This document shows, one piece after another, positions 13,004 through 27,130 of a DNA stretch of 64,000 nt (its first letter is position 1; the number at the start of each line of letters is the position of its first letter). The translations under genes and the position numbers were made by a program. The DNA lies in contig NMRA01000124.1 in NCBI GenBank assembly GCA_002633005.1, forward strand, positions 761,814 through 825,813, written 5' to 3'. The notes beneath the pieces are model-generated. The model ran no database searches. It was not told the DNA's origin and saw nothing but the letters and a program-made list of their open reading frames with translations. The stretch is from Phoronis australis (taxonomy: Eukaryota > Animalia > Phoronida).

Positions 13004-13450
13004 CTTAACAGCACTCATCCCTAAGCCCTGGCTTGCTCAGACAGCGTCTGTGATGTGGAGGAATGTCTTTGGACTTCGCAAGGAAGTCGTCAGTCGTGAA
13101 CAATAATTTTACGCAGCCCTCAAGCCTACAAACTGAAATTTAAAAAAGCAGCTAACACCCAGCAAAGGCTTGCTGAAAAAACGCAAGGCAAATGTCATTC
13201 GCTCAGGTTAGCCGATTTCGCTACTCAGTGCTGACATCAATAGAACAATGCTTTGAGCTTTTGGAATCTGTTGGTGAAGAAAATGTCTGCATTGGCGGTA
13301 ATTTTTAAAAGACGAAGTCAAAGAAACAGCGGGAACTCAGTGACAAACCGCCATGTTTTTATCATGTGACTGTGTTTATTATCGCACAGGTTCTAGCAGA
13401 TGGCGTTGCCCACTCTGGTTTCGGGTATTTCCGTAACGAATTTTGAGGTT
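13004..13450 (-). promoter_or_regulatory. Putative promoter and non-coding first exon (minus strand)
   Basis: YY1-like AAACATGGCG (13349-13358), E-box TCATGTGAC (13362-13370), CpG-richer context, downstream donor AAG|GTAGGC at 13003. Confidence 0.35.
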
Positions 13451-13865
13451 ACGGACATACACGAAGTATTCCGCGTCGCCAAAGATTTTATATAGTATCT
13501 TTGGCGTCGCTTTGTCAGTTTCCCCCAAGGACCAAAGATACTATGCCATGACTGAGCCAACTATACGGGCCCCCGGCCTCGACCCTTCATGGAGTTACCC
13601 GTGGTCAGTTTCTATCATCTTCTTCTTTAATTCATTATGTTAGGCTATGATTTCTAAGCCTAAGGATGAAAATGTCATAGTCTTCTTAAATTCTCAGTTC
13701 TAGCTGACTAAACGCCAATCTCCCGCTTGATATCCCGTCACCTGCCTGGCGCTAGCCGGGGAAGACCCTGCCACAACAAAAAAATATTTTAAGACTATGC
13801 CGAGATGGACAGGAGTGGGCTCGTTTTCATCAGTGATCCAACACAAGACTTAACATGATAGCACC

Positions 13866-13952
13866 GAGGGAGGGCGGGAGGAAGAGAAAAAGAGGGAGGG
13901 AGGGAGGGAGGGACGGAGGATCGAGGGAAGGAGGGAGAGAGAGAATGAGGGA
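13866..13952. repeat. Polypurine (GGGA)n low-complexity tract
   Basis: gagggagggagggagggagg run embedded in purine-rich sequence. Confidence 0.85.
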
Positions 13953-15180
13953 GGTTCTCAAAGGCAAAAACTGCTTCACTGAGGTTCACCCCACAACACA
14001 ATACAAAACAATACAATAGTATTAAGCAATAGAAAATATATAACGGTAATCATTATTTACTATTCATACACTTCACTTACGATTGTAAGATCGGCATATG
14101 GAATCAATAGCATAAGTACTCTAATAAATAAAAAAATCTGACACCTTTGTAAAAATAAAAGATCTTTCAAAACCCATTAAAAGGCATTTAAAAAGAGTTG
14201 TCCATCAACCCGGCTAGATTTATGGATTTAACCCCGGCACAAAAAGGTCAGGGGTGATCAGTTTCTGGAACAAAACCCTACAAAAGGGTGAATTTTTATT
14301 GAAGTTTCCTACAGATGAGTCCCTTTTTAGAGTCCATTATCCATCCTAATTATTTCCAGGTGCACCCCGTCCGGCAAAAATTCAATCTAGCACCCCTGGA
14401 CAGCTCTAAAACATCCCTATTTCGCGGGCTTCATTGTACGAATTATCTCCAGGTGGTATGACTTTCCTTGCATACCAAAAACTGGAATTTTGACGTGCGT
14501 CAACACAGTTTTAGTGAGCCGAATTTTTAATCGAAAATTAGTTTAGGAAAACATACCTTAATGATTCGACAAATACCTGTATTCTCAAATACCTGTATTC
14601 GTAAATTCGAGTATTTTCACGGATATGTTTCTGAACAGCTCGACACAGTCATTTTCAGATTATTAGCAAGTTTACTAAAAGTAACACAACCAGTGAGTTG
14701 ATTCGCTGGGTTCGGAAAAACTCGATTTCACCACCTATTCTCGTGACCAATTTGTTGATCATTGATGGTTGCGCCTACTCAACATCAGGAGCCTACAGCA
14801 CACTTGGTTTCCGCTCACTTGACAGAAAGCAATCAATTTTCCTCGACATTGTCATTAAGACAAGAGATTCGCTGAATGAAGTCTACGCTGGGAAGTAATC
14901 TCGATTTTAAAGTGATATTCCGAGATCAGTCTCAACGCCGAAATGATCGAATGCACAACAGCAACGGTCGTAGTCCAACGCTTTGCTGGCAAAACTCAGC
15001 CTCACCAGATGAATACAGAGAATTTGAATTGTTAATAAAACTTTAAAAAATCGGCACCCATTCGCGTTGACGTCCATGTTTGGCTTACCTCCCAACCCTG
15101 AAATTTTCAAATTTTCACTTCTAAATACATGTGCTTATCTTAAGTGACGTTATCGGTCAGAAAGTGGTTTTCTGGGATCG

Positions 15181-15240
15181 GCGCGACGTGGATTCGAACC
15201 TGCAACCTTCGTGGTTGCTGGTGAAGCTTAGTCCCAGTCA
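15181..15240 (-). mobile_element. tRNA-derived SINE-head-like remnant
   Basis: Minus strand ...aaggttgcaGGTTCGAATCCacg carries a B-box; no full cloverleaf. Confidence 0.3.
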
Positions 15241-15321
15241 ATAAATCTTTTAAAGAGTTGTTGAAAATGCAACTGGCAACAAAGTAGGCTGCTCTTTTCT
15301 TCCCTTGTTTTTAAACATTTT

Positions 15322-15381
15322 AGACATGTAATAAGTTTCAGTAATCAAAAGACATGTAATAAGTTTCAGTAATCAAAAGAC
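15322..15381. repeat. 28-bp tandem duplication
   Basis: agacatgtaataagtttcagtaatcaaa x2. Confidence 0.9.
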
Positions 15382-17261
15382 GATTGCTAAAATAAGAAAA
15401 AAAAAACATAAATTACATTCTCTTCTTGTTTTGTCTATCATTTTGGTTCTGGTGTGAATTGCCAGCTATAAATCCGCTTTTCATCCAAAATGCAAACTAC
15501 TGATTAATCACACTTACAGTGGTATAATTAGTTTCAACTTTTTGCTTACTCAAATGCGAAGTTATTGTTTAGACTATATTCGGCGCATAAAATGACGCGT
15601 CGCAAAAAACAAACTGGAGAGCTTGGTTCGAAGCAATAATGAACACTGCCTGTTGCTTTGGAGCTGTGAAGTAGCCTTAGACTAGACTACAGAACAATTT
15701 GAAACCTATTTTAAACAATTACTTGTCTAGATCAAAATGCTTTTGTGATGGAAGGCAGGTTCATAGCCGCATTAAAAAAAATTTTATTAAAACCTGTTGT
15801 TTTGAATAACGTTTCGTGTTTTGAAACAACATCATCAGAGAATACATTTTTTCAAAATTGTTTATATTAAACTGGATGTAAACTCGGGTTGCGCTCAAGA
15901 AGCGAACTTCCGGTTTAGATCATTTGCCGCTACAAACAGAATTTGTTCTTACTCAGAAAAGAAGAGATTTATGAGTTTGCAAAGAATGGTCACTTTGTTA
16001 TTTCTTGACATCATGTTCGACACGTAAAATGACGTGAGCGAACTTGTAAACCTTAGTCTCGAGAAATAACGGACTGTCAGTTCTTTTGGAGCACTGAAAT
16101 CATCGCCAATGTGACTACGAAATAATTCAAGATTTATTTCATATGGGCAAGTGGTCTAAATTAAGTATTCTTTTGTGACGTGTTTATAAAACATTTTTTT
16201 TACACGAAGTCTCTGATATAGCACATATGAAGTGAAGAGGGTGTCTTCAATTCAACCATAACAGTAGTGCTACATCAATCTTTTTACGCATCCTAGTGCA
16301 CAGATTTGTGGGATACGACTTCTCTAATCCAGAAAGTGTCAAGCTACAGCCATTTGAACTGGACAAGTGGTACTTGTTCGGTTGTATATACGATAAATTG
16401 AACTTCTGGTTTCTTGAAATACTTCTAAAACGATGTGATCTCTATAGATCTTATATCTACGTCTTGTCTGTTCGTAGATACGGGCAGTGTGTATGGTCCG
16501 GTAGCCGTTACTACTCGGAGTGTTCCCTATTCCACAATCGTATTTGACGTCAAATGTGTACGGTAAAGCGTAGACGCAATAGAATAATACCAGATGGCGA
16601 TATTAAACAAAAATGTACCGTGTCATTTGAAAACTTTTACACTTGAAAGGTTCATCATATACCAAATAAAACATTCCAAGACCCATTAAGTCGTCTATAG
16701 AATAAACTTAGTGACCGGACTGTAGGTTCGAACGTAGAGCGTTTGAATCCACTATGGTAGACGCGAGAAACTCGTGTACAACAAAACTACGCAAAATCAC
16801 GCGAATGAAATACAACTGTTTCGCGATTATGATCAGGTCCGTACTAGTGTACTCATCATGAAAAATGGCGATTGCTCGGTGAGGATAGAATGTTGGGTTA
16901 AGGGAAAAATTAGCTGTTACCATTCGGGCGTGGATTTCTCACAGCAAGTGCTTTGCAAGTGTTTTGGGTCTACTGACAAAACGCAGCTCATTGACCGTTT
17001 TAGATTATTGCCACCTTCCTAAATAGCAACAGGGCGACTTTTCTTATGCAACATTCGTAGCAGGCTATGAAATATTTATTACGTGTTAGTCATTGGAGAG
17101 GAAACAACAAAGACCAGTGACAAAAATATGAAAATATAAAAATACTAACGATATGTTTAATTTCAACATTTATTTTACCGAAACATATACAAAGAATACC
17201 TTTTACCTGGAAACGAACCACCATGTCCAAAGTATAGCGCGTCTTCATTAAAATGGTATGG

Positions 17262-17400
17262 CATGGGCGGCGCACCATAGGGGGCTGAGCCTGGGGGGTC
17301 TATAGCCCCATTTTTTTCACTGCTACGCCGCCCATTGTCTATGGGCGGTGCACCACAGGAGGGCTGGGGGCTATACCCCCACTTTTTATTCCTGGGCCGC
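17262..17400. mobile_element. Two adjacent MITE-terminus fragments (related copy at ~28253)
   Basis: (c/t)atgggcgg(c/t)gcacca...ggggctata(g/c)ccc at ~17262, ~17340 and ~28253. Confidence 0.55.
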
Positions 17401-17799
17401 CCGTGTGTGGGCTATAATGCAAGAAATACATGTGCAGACGAAAAGAAAATGAAATGAAGCGAAACAAAATTGTACTTGCAAATTTGTAGTACATTACCAA
17501 CCCAAAAATATCCACTAAATATGAGACTGGAAGACGTTACGGTAGTTGTCAATAGGCCTACGTGACTTTTATCTTCAGCGTTGACTTCCATGCAAGCTGT
17601 GCTAATAAAGTTCTGGTAATAACGAAACTGTTTTATGTTCTTTAGAAGCTAATGAGTATTCTTCGGAGACTTCTGTTTTTGTTCTAATAATAGACATCGG
17701 AAGGAATTCTTTCCGGAAGGTGGTTATTTCAAACCATAGCAACTATAGAAGCTCCAAAGCAGATTGTGACGTATTAGCTGCGTCACAGATTAAATACGT

Positions 17800-17980
17800 C
17801 AAAATATCGATCGTAGAAGATCGTAGGTTTTCCAGCTTCGAATAGTGACAGTTGCATTGCGATCAGCAGTAAATGTGCATGTGCTGATTTCAGTTTTGAA
17901 AATCGCGTGGTTTATCCTTGAAATTCTGTTTATACAAAGAAGGTGTCGCAAGATCGAAGAAACGTTTGACCACTGACAAA
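17800..17980 (+). promoter_or_regulatory. Candidate non-coding 5' exon of TENT5
   Basis: Strong donor AA|GTGAGT at 17981; CRE-like half-sites upstream (~17765-17800); the TENT5 coding exon needs an upstream exon (acceptor at 24159). Confidence 0.25.
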
Positions 17981-18854
17981 GTGAGTACGCTGTTTTCATC
18001 TGTTTTTAGCCAATTTTCAGGGGATTCTCTAACAGATGAACCACCTGCATGTATGTAGAGTTTGTAAGCAGCTGTCCATTGAGAAACTATTTCTCTACTA
18101 TGGAGAGGACGCTACGACCATTGTAATAGTAGACATCGTTAGATTGAAAGTCAACCGGTATCCCATGCACAAATGATATCAAATTTAGTGAGGGCGACTC
18201 TGGTGTTGTTGAATATTAACGCGTTAATGAAATGCCGGCTGAAATAAAATTTAAAAATGTTATAAGAGATGGTATTCAAAATTTGTTATATTGGTAAGAT
18301 ATCTAATTTTTCTGCCTGTTTTCATTCTTTTGGTATTACTTTCCCTAACAATGAAGTTTTGATATTCCATATGTTACTACAAATGGAAAAATCAATGAGT
18401 CCACTTGCAGAGCAGGACACCCACGCATCAGTGGTTATTCAGTTATTACGTCACGAAATTCATTCAGATCTTCATACACACATCTGTTAACATTATAATT
18501 CAACAAAAATGCTTTCTCTAAAGCTGCCTAAGTCTCTATCTAACTTGTTATTTTATAGTTATTGATCAGAATCTATGATGTAGGATATACGCTAGCGTAA
18601 GTATAGTTTGGTTAGAATATGCTGACAGTTACAGTAATCAGTATACGGTAATTTCTCGTTTTTATAAGTAGGTGTAGGTGAAATTCACGTAGACGCTTTG
18701 CCAGCTTGTAGGTATTCTGTTATAAACTTAGTGGACGTCGGGGATGACATAAAATCGAAGAATGTGAGAAGTCACGAAGCATAACTCAACTAATAAAAAT
18801 TGAAATAACACGTGCACGTGCTTGTTTGAATAGTGCAAACCTCTCATCTGTAGT

Positions 18855-19016
18855 CAGTGACGGATTTAGGGGTGGGAGGCCAAGGGGGGCGTGCCCCCCC
18901 CCCTAAAATTCACTCAGATTCCATTTGGCAGTTCGGGGGTGTAAATGTCTGACGGGCAAAATCCTGGCTTATACTCTGCCCTGGCTCCCTAGCTCAAAAT
19001 CTTGGATCCGACCCTG
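18855..19016. mobile_element. ~160-bp MITE (same family as 32149-32311)
   Basis: Ends cagtgacggatt / gatccgaccctg; core cagattccattt..cagttcgggggtg..aatgtctgacgggcaaaat shared with the 32149 copy; flanks gtagt / gaagt. Confidence 0.75.
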
Positions 19017-22000
19017 GAAGTACATTAACAGGCAAGGCACACTGAGTTTCGATGCATCATCAAGTATTTCTCTTTCCGAACATTGTTACCTCAAAATTGA
19101 GAAAATGGTAATACATGTAATACAAAACCATATTATAGATGTATTGCGTTTAGTACTAATAAACCATTCCCAGGAAAACACCGTATGCTTTTATAACGCT
19201 GATTATCGATAAATTCATTTTGTCGAAAAGAATAAGAATATAAAAGCTACACCGTGAGATGAACAATAACAATATGGATGTAACATATCGCAACGAAATA
19301 AGATTCGACTTGGACTCAGACTAGAATTTGCAAGTTTACTCGGTGTGTGATATGCAATAGGTCAATTTTCGAGTGTAGGTTAAACGTCGAGTCAGGATTG
19401 TATGGTTCATTTAATATTTTTCATTTTAAAAATTGTTTTGATGAAGGCAATGAGAAGCATTTTAAATGTTGAAGAATATCAAGCATAATGATAACATTAT
19501 TATACAATGGCGTATACCTCTCGCAAATCGTAGGCGTGCCAATGACTAATAAATATTTCCTTTCGCCTGTTCTTCAAATTTATTTTTCACAAATACATGT
19601 CCTCTGATTGCTGAAACAGCTGCGAAAAATTGCTTGATTATGTGCATTGTTTCCCCATATACGCGATTACTTCGATTTAAAGTATAATTGCTTGATTTCT
19701 GAGGCTATGATGGGCCTTAAGCAAACTGACCTGGCGTCATTGTATATCAAAGGTGTTTTTAGGCGTAGCATCTGTCGTATTAGTTATATTTTTATACTCG
19801 GGTTTCGTTGCTTATAATAGGACGATAGTAGTCGTGTGCCATTTTGATTATCATAGACAAGAAGCATATTTTTGCCAATATAGAACAAGGATTATACGTT
19901 CACAATTGCATTTCGAATTATGTTACCAATATTGTTTGTAACGATGTTAACGTGACTGTTGCGCTAGTATAGCAAGTATGTGAACATTTGCACTATGAGT
20001 GCTGTTGAAATTCTCGCCCTTCGTTAAGTGTGTATATCAATTTTGGAATGTTATTGCTTCCCAAAGGTACCTATTAAGTCTTCTTTTTACGAAACTTTTG
20101 CACAAATTTGGGTTTTTATGCAAATATTGAGACGGATATAAATACCCCCACTCCGCACGGTGTTTAAAAAAAGCACCAGTGAATCTAATAATAAAACAAA
20201 AAACCGCTCTGTGAAGATTTGATTCGAACGACGTTATCAGGAAATTAGCTTTTAAACACCGTAATAATGTGTAAACCGTAATTTGTCTCGGTAGTTAGTT
20301 TCCATTTTCCTTTTTTGCACTTGCGCACGCAAACGGATATACGTATAATCTTCATGTACAGAGGTGTTGACTAGTTGCCTGAGCTGTCGCCTTTTTGTGA
20401 GACCAATGGGTCCTAACCTGGCTATTTCATGTGTAGGACTTCCGAGTTTTGTGAATAGGTCATAAAAAAGCTTACACCAAGGAGTTCTGAAGCGGCAACA
20501 ACGTCTCCCATTATTGTTCGAATTACGTCAATCCCGTAGGAGATCGGTGTTTCAAACGCTGTTGTATTAACAAACGCAATGCAATAGTTGTCCGATGATC
20601 ATTGCAAAAATGAAGAGAAAAATACACATAGACACTTAATTTACATTTAATCCTGGATCTTAGATCACACAAAACCGCGCAAACTCTTAAAATATTTTGT
20701 TTACCCTTTCCACCTTAGCAGTCCTACTTAAGTTTCAACTAACTAGTTTGCTTAAATTAAAATCATAACCACACCTTTGATTATAAAGGAAAACACAGTA
20801 GTCTTTCAATGTTGTAAAATTTATTTATGGTTTTACTTAAAAGTTTTGCAATAATGCAGTTTTCTGCAGGCAACCCTGGGCAAATACACGCCTGTGCGTG
20901 ACAGGTATGGCCTCGGTGGCTTAATGCTGTAACCATCCCGCAAACTGAAATCAAGCGAGTACAACTTGTTGATTAATGATCGTCCCCACACGTGAAGTTA
21001 CTTGTTGAAAATTTACTTTAATTGCGGGTTTGCTATCCTTTTTCTATAGAACTGAGGAAAGTTTTAGGATTCAGCCATGCATGTTTTCCCAAAAAATCTA
21101 TGCCTTGCCGTATCTGCGGAATGTTCTTATAACTCCATTGTACTTGGCATATTTAAAAGTGGGTCTGTCTTCGGAAAATGACGGTACCTAACTTCGCATA
21201 CAGGCAAAGCTTCGCAAAGAGGCGTTTTTTTTTTAATAGAGTTGAACCAATCTTTCCACTCATAAAGATCTGTGGTTTTATTCACTGGTTACACGCAACT
21301 CGAGATATTCCAATAAAGCGATAGGTCATTGTCGTTTGTTTCAGAAGTACGTCAGAATACTCACCGATAGGCAGCATAAGTTGCATACCTGTCCTCTTTG
21401 TTGGATTAGTTATAGGTCAAGAAAAATATAAATTGGTCATTACTTGTTGTGTAAATTATTCACCAACTGCATATCCATTCAAATTGGCACATTGCCTAAT
21501 AATTGTCAGTGTTCGTAAATTATTGATTGAGGAACTTCGAATGTCGTTATAAAATAATCTATCAACATAGTTGTTTCTGCAGATAATTAGGTTCTGTAAT
21601 AGTATTAATTAACAGGTCTATTATCGATGCTTTTATCTGTTTGAGAAACAAACAGACATATAGTGAAACACACAAAGATTTGAACATGTCACTTACAATG
21701 AATAAGTGGCTGGCGGGGCCAACGGTATTGTTGCCGTGCCTTCAATGATATGTTTTTGTAGCCCCTAACGGCCTCTTCTGGCCCATCGCAACCTACCTGT
21801 TCTCATAACATTCACTCCCCTGGCGCACAGCGACATCTATTAGGCGTCACATATTCCATGTTCTTCAGACCACATGTAAAATGATAAAAACGCATTATTT
21901 GATTTTTTCTAAGACTATAGGTATAATGCATGTTTTTTTCTGTGGTCAAACGAGAAAACAATGTAACCCGCAGCTTTCTTCGTATCAAATTAGTCCAAAA

Positions 22001-24189
22001 GACCCAAGTTGGTTATTGTCTTTGTGTTTTTAACACAGACCTCCGTCGTCGAGTCGGTGGTGCGGTATCATTTTCTTTTTTTAAACGGAAAATCCACCTG
22101 AGACCAGAAAAAAATGATGCGGTGTCTGTTTTTTCACTGATAGCTTGGCAAATCATGATGTTTCAAACCTTGTTTACCCTTGCAAATATGCCTATGTGCA
22201 AGCTTTTTAAAAAGAACACGAGTGCTTGGCTAGGCTGACACCCATGACGTCACATATTGACAAGGACCCGCAGGCGTGTATCAAAAATTGCTGAGATACC
22301 CCCCCCCCATTCCGGGTGCCGGGTCTGCTAATTCTAACCCCCTTTTGCGGGGGATAGGAAGACGGACAGTGCGCCTTTTGCGGGGCTGAGACCAATGCAG
22401 TGGGCCTTTTGCGGGGATGAAATGGAAATTTAGACCAGGCAGTCTACGAATTGGTTTATAAAGGGCTGGTCACTTAATTTATGTGCCGTGCATGAACTCA
22501 TGGAATAACGATCTGTTCTTTGCAAATCTAAAACCACTTCACCGCAGACCTCATGCCACTAATTGGTCTGAGATCCGAGTACAGAACACGTTGAGATAGC
22601 CTATAGTGGCAAATGGTCTAAATCTGATGTTCGCTTCTCGAACGAAACGCCGGTTTATTTATATCTATATACAGCGGCTTTAAAATTAAAAACATCACGG
22701 GTGAGAAAGCAACCTGTCTGATTTACTAATTACTTTCATTTCCCTAAATAGGTATTGCGGTTTTTTATCAAAAATTATATCAGTGACGGTTGTCATCACA
22801 TCTAAACTTACGACATAGTCGCCGACCACAACTTCTCTATCAGTGTTTGAACCACATCATGACTATTGTATTTTTCCACACGAGCGCAACGGACGCATGG
22901 CGGGGTCGCCTTGATTGCTGTACATTTGATATTATTTTGACATTCCAAAACAACGATGGCTGTTTACTCGATCTGTTTACAGTGTTGTTGTTATTAATAT
23001 TTTTTTTGAAACTGGCACGTGGAAATGATAGTCTATGTGAACGACGATGGGGAATGAATGAAGACATGACTGGTCGGTGCCGGTGTAGACCACCAATAAC
23101 TAAGTAAAATATAGAAAAAAAATGAATTAATTAAATACTTACGGATTGACAGTTAGCTACGCTGCGTCCTCGTAATATCCCTTTAGGACGTGCCAGGAAT
23201 GATGAAATTAGGAGAAATGCTCAATCGTTAGATGACAATTTTTTCGACTAGTGCCAGAGCGTGGTATGGGAATTACCGCTATTCCCGATTGCACACTTAT
23301 TTCGCCCGAGGATCAGTGTTTTTTTATCGTTTCTCACATTAATTTTGACTGCCGGGTATGTATCAATGGAGAACTAGGCTTTGATTGGAATTGCATATAT
23401 TGCGGCCGGTTTCGGCTCAGTGACAGCCATGAGCAGGTGTCGAGCAGTCAAACTTAGGCCCAGTGGCATAAAATCCTTAGGTTACGACACTCCGCTCAGC
23501 GTGCAGTGTGATCCAAAACGCTAAATTTTACGAGGCATTGTGAAACGCTTTGACGTAAGTCCGATTGGCCGGCGAAGGCGTCCGAGCCTTCCTGAGTGGC
23601 CAGGCTGCGTCCTTTGACGATTGCGCAACGTCCATGGGAAAACCATGTTAATGAATATATACCTATTTCGGCCAAACTGATAACATGGAAAATTTTTGAC
23701 ACCATGCTAGCAGATTATTTATCTACCTGTGCGGGCATGAACATCGATTTCGTCAATTTGACAGTCTAATCACGTTTCTCCGGGCAACACATTTAACCAA
23801 TCATGGATTATCAGCTGTGTTCTAAGAAAATAGTGCATTCATTTATCGTCTTATGATTAATAATTACATATACCACTATGTAAATTAATAATAAGCATGG
23901 AATAGAGTGTGTTTAAGTTTGTTTAATCAAAGTTCACTGTTAATTTATGATTTATTAATACAAGTAAATTGAAGGTTTTATACGCGTAACAATGTCACTG
24001 TTGCAAATCGTCCGCGTAGAAATACAGTCTATTGCCCTTGACAGTTCGTGAGGCTGTCTATCGATTTGTAAGTAATTCTTGCATATGTTGGCGTATTTTT
24101 AACAAGTGACTGTAAAATAAGCAACAGGCATTCACTGTTTTCAATTGTTTACATTTCAGAACTCAAACTCAGACTGAACTTTTGTGAAT

Positions 24190-25374
24190 ATGTCTTCAAA
24201 CGGGTGCGAATCACGCTTTCAAGTCTTGTGCTACGAGCAAGTCCACCGACTAAACAAGGTGATGGAAGAAACCATTCCCATACATGGCCGAGGCAACTTC
24301 CCAACGCTTCAAGTGCGTTTAAAAGACCTAGTGAAAACTGTCAAGGAAAGCTTAAATGCGGAAGGCATTCCCGTGAAAGACGTCCGAATGAATGGAGGTG
24401 CAGCTAGTTACGTGGTGGATACCGACATTGATCACAGTGCTTTCAACGATTTGGATTTAATTTTCCAAGTAAAAATTGCGAGCCCAAGTGATCTTCAAAA
24501 GATCAAGGATGCTGCGTTGGATTCACTGCTTCAGTTTTTGCCTGAAGGAGTGAACCGCGACAAGATGAGCAGTTGTTGTCTCAAAGAAGCATATGTTCGT
24601 AAAATGGTGAAAATTTATAACGACAGCGATCGCTGGAGTTTGATTTCGCTTGCTAATGTCAGGGGCAGGAACGTTGAATTGAAATTTGTTGATTCTATGA
24701 AGCGGCAATTTGAGTTCAGCGTTGATTCATTCCAGATTGTTTTGAACAGCTTATTCACTTTCGATCACGTTTCGCAAACTCCGATGAACGAGAATTTCTA
24801 TCCAACAATTGTAGCAGAAAGTGTTTATGGTGACTTTTATCGAGCCTTGTATCATTTAACTCATAAACTTATTGCCACTCGCAACCCAGAAGAAATTCGT
24901 GGCGGTGGATTGCTCAAGTACTGCCACCTCTTGGTTCGAGGGTTCAAAGTCAGTTACGAGATGGACCAAAATCTACTTGAACGCTACATGTGTTCCCGGT
25001 TCTTCATCGATTTCAGTGACGTTTCCGTTCAAAAGCCCAAACTGGAATCCTACCTGCAGAACCATTTCAATGATGATTCGGACCTCAAATTCAACTATTT
25101 AATGGCCCTCTACAATGTCGTTGATAACAGCACTATATGTCTTATGGGTCATGAAAGAAGACAAACATTGATGCTTATTCAGCATTTTGCCTACCAAGCT
25201 CAGTTTGAACAAGACTGTCGAGCAAGGAAAAAATATCTTGAGATGCAGTTTTTCGATCAGCAAAATAGTTTGGTGGTGGACCAGGTTTATTTCGGTGTGC
25301 CCTATGGCCAACAGTATTACGTATCGCCGTACCAGAACAGTAATTCGTACTCGCCCTACATTCAATGCACGTGA
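24190..25374 (+). CDS. TENT5: Terminal nucleotidyltransferase 5 (FAM46 family) non-canonical poly(A) polymerase, 394 aa, single coding exon
   Basis: FAM46 hallmarks [101 protein letters not shown]. True ATG is 24190 (in-frame TGA at 24175); acceptor ttacatttcag ends at 24159. Confidence 0.97.
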   Translation: MSSNGCESRFQVLCYEQVHRLNKVMEETIPIHGRGNFPTLQVRLKDLVKTVKESLNAEGIPVKDVRMNGGAASYVVDTDIDHSAFNDLDLIFQVKIASPSDLQKIKDAALDSLLQFLPEGVNRDKMSSCCLKEAYVRKMVKIYNDSDRWSLISLANVRGRNVELKFVDSMKRQFEFSVDSFQIVLNSLFTFDHVSQTPMNENFYPTIVAESVYGDFYRALYHLTHKLIATRNPEEIRGGGLLKYCHLLVRGFKVSYEMDQNLLERYMCSRFFIDFSDVSVQKPKLESYLQNHFNDDSDLKFNYLMALYNVVDNSTICLMGHERRQTLMLIQHFAYQAQFEQDCRARKKYLEMQFFDQQNSLVVDQVYFGVPYGQQYYVSPYQNSNSYSPYIQCT

Positions 25375-27130
25375 TACACTGTAGGGGTCGCAGAGGTAGT
25401 GACACCTCTGGTGTTTTATGCAAGAGGCTGTGATTTCGTTCCTGGGAGTATTTAGCGGTAGTGTCGAGAGTTTATGAAAATGGATTTCGATGAAAATGTG
25501 GTAGAAGTGGACACGCTGTTTACGGGACCTGAACAGGTGATGGGTGAAAATCTGATAGCCTGTTAAGTGCTAGGTACATTTTGTGATGAATGGACACCTT
25601 TAGTACAGAGTGGGGCAAGCAGGTATTGCATACCCTCTTGTGTGGTGGCCCAGTTATTATGTAATATGTTATGTGCATATCTGAGCTATATTACCATGAC
25701 TAACTGTTGTTGGATGTTTGTATGTGTATTATGATGTCCATGATAACATGTTTATTGGATTTAACTTTGCAGCTTTTTCTGTTACAAGATCTTTATGTTT
25801 ATATATCTTGTTTCTGTTTAATTAATAAAGCCCAGCCCAGCTAGTTGTTAATGCAATGAATAGCTGTGTGTCTGGACGATTGAGCTAGACTCACTTGTGA
25901 TTGTCTGGTGAATACACTACTGGGAGCAGGCACTGTGTGCAGTTGTGGCCTGAGAGTGGGCGCTGGCTATTACAACTAATGGTTGTCATGGTGAAGGGGG
26001 TTGTGGTGCTGGTGGTATTTCCCTTGCCACCACTGAATTCCCCTTATTAGTTACAATTGGTAATAATTTTTGCTCCCCTATATTGTGGCTCTACAGCTGT
26101 TGTAGGCACATGTTGGTTGTAGTGAGAGATTAAGTTACCGGCATAAGCACGAGCCAGTGTAATGACATATATTTAGTTTTCCCACTGTACAGCCTTCTGT
26201 GTGCATGTGGGCAGTCTAGAGAAAGTGCTGTTGCTGCCTCTTATTCGTTTGATTTCTGATGTAAAATTTGATTAACTTTTAACTATGTATTATTGCACGG
26301 CCCAGTAATTATTAATTTGGTGGTATAACTCGTACCCTTACATAAAATGAGTGCTTCTCTGAGTGCCCATGAATACGTTCGTTTCAAATAGTTACGTTTG
26401 AAATTAGATTTTGGCCTCGATGCATGTTGAGTCTTCCCGTTGGTGTTAGTTACGAATTCAATGAACAGATAGTTTGTCAATAATCTTCGCCATTATGCTG
26501 TATGATGGTTGAAACCATGCTGTTGGCATGCAATGAATATTTAAGTGTATTCTCTTGGTGGAGAGTATTGTGCTTGTTTCTGTCATGTAAAGTGCCCTTT
26601 CGTCTAGGATTCGAAATAAATTAGGCGTCCTAGCTTTCGATTAGCAGTGTATTGCAATGCAATATTCCTGGTGAACCGTGAGGCGTTTTGAAGCGATATA
26701 TATATATCTATATATTTTTACAAATTACGTTTGTGTTTATTCATATATACGGCTTTATTTTCATAAACCTCGTTGGATTATTTGATACACGAAGTTATTG
26801 CATACTAAACGGGTGTTTAACTCCTCTGTTTGTGGAAGCGCCCCTGTTGTTGCATTGTTAAACGTTTGTAATTCTTTGAGTGTGCTATGGGCTTCGTAAG
26901 CTTGTTGATACCGGTAGTTGGATGTTGCGATCAGTTCGTTGCCGTCTGGAGACCCTCTCCGAAAATGCCATCGCGTGTTGTGCAATAGACGCGACAATGA
27001 GAATTTGTCTTTCTGTGATTTTTCATCCTATCATTTTGTCCCCGCAATCAGTCGAGATATTATTTTAAGAATTTCTATATATTCATTAAATGGATTTTAT
27101 TATTGTGGTAATAAAATTCTAATCACTTTT
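25375..27130 (+). other. Probable long GU-rich 3' UTR of TENT5
   Basis: GT-rich tract after the stop; AATAAA at ~25824, ~26615 and 27110-27115, the last followed by a U/GU-rich stretch. Confidence 0.5.

Noticed and set aside
24204-25423. Short ORFs overlapping TENT5
   Set aside because: Alternative-frame and antisense shadows of the real CDS.
25372-25455. UGA followed by a 7-bp stem-loop (readthrough, SECIS or IRE candidate)
   Set aside because: The hairpin is small, lacks SECIS (AUGA/GA) and IRE (CAGUGN) geometry, and the 26-codon extension is unremarkable.
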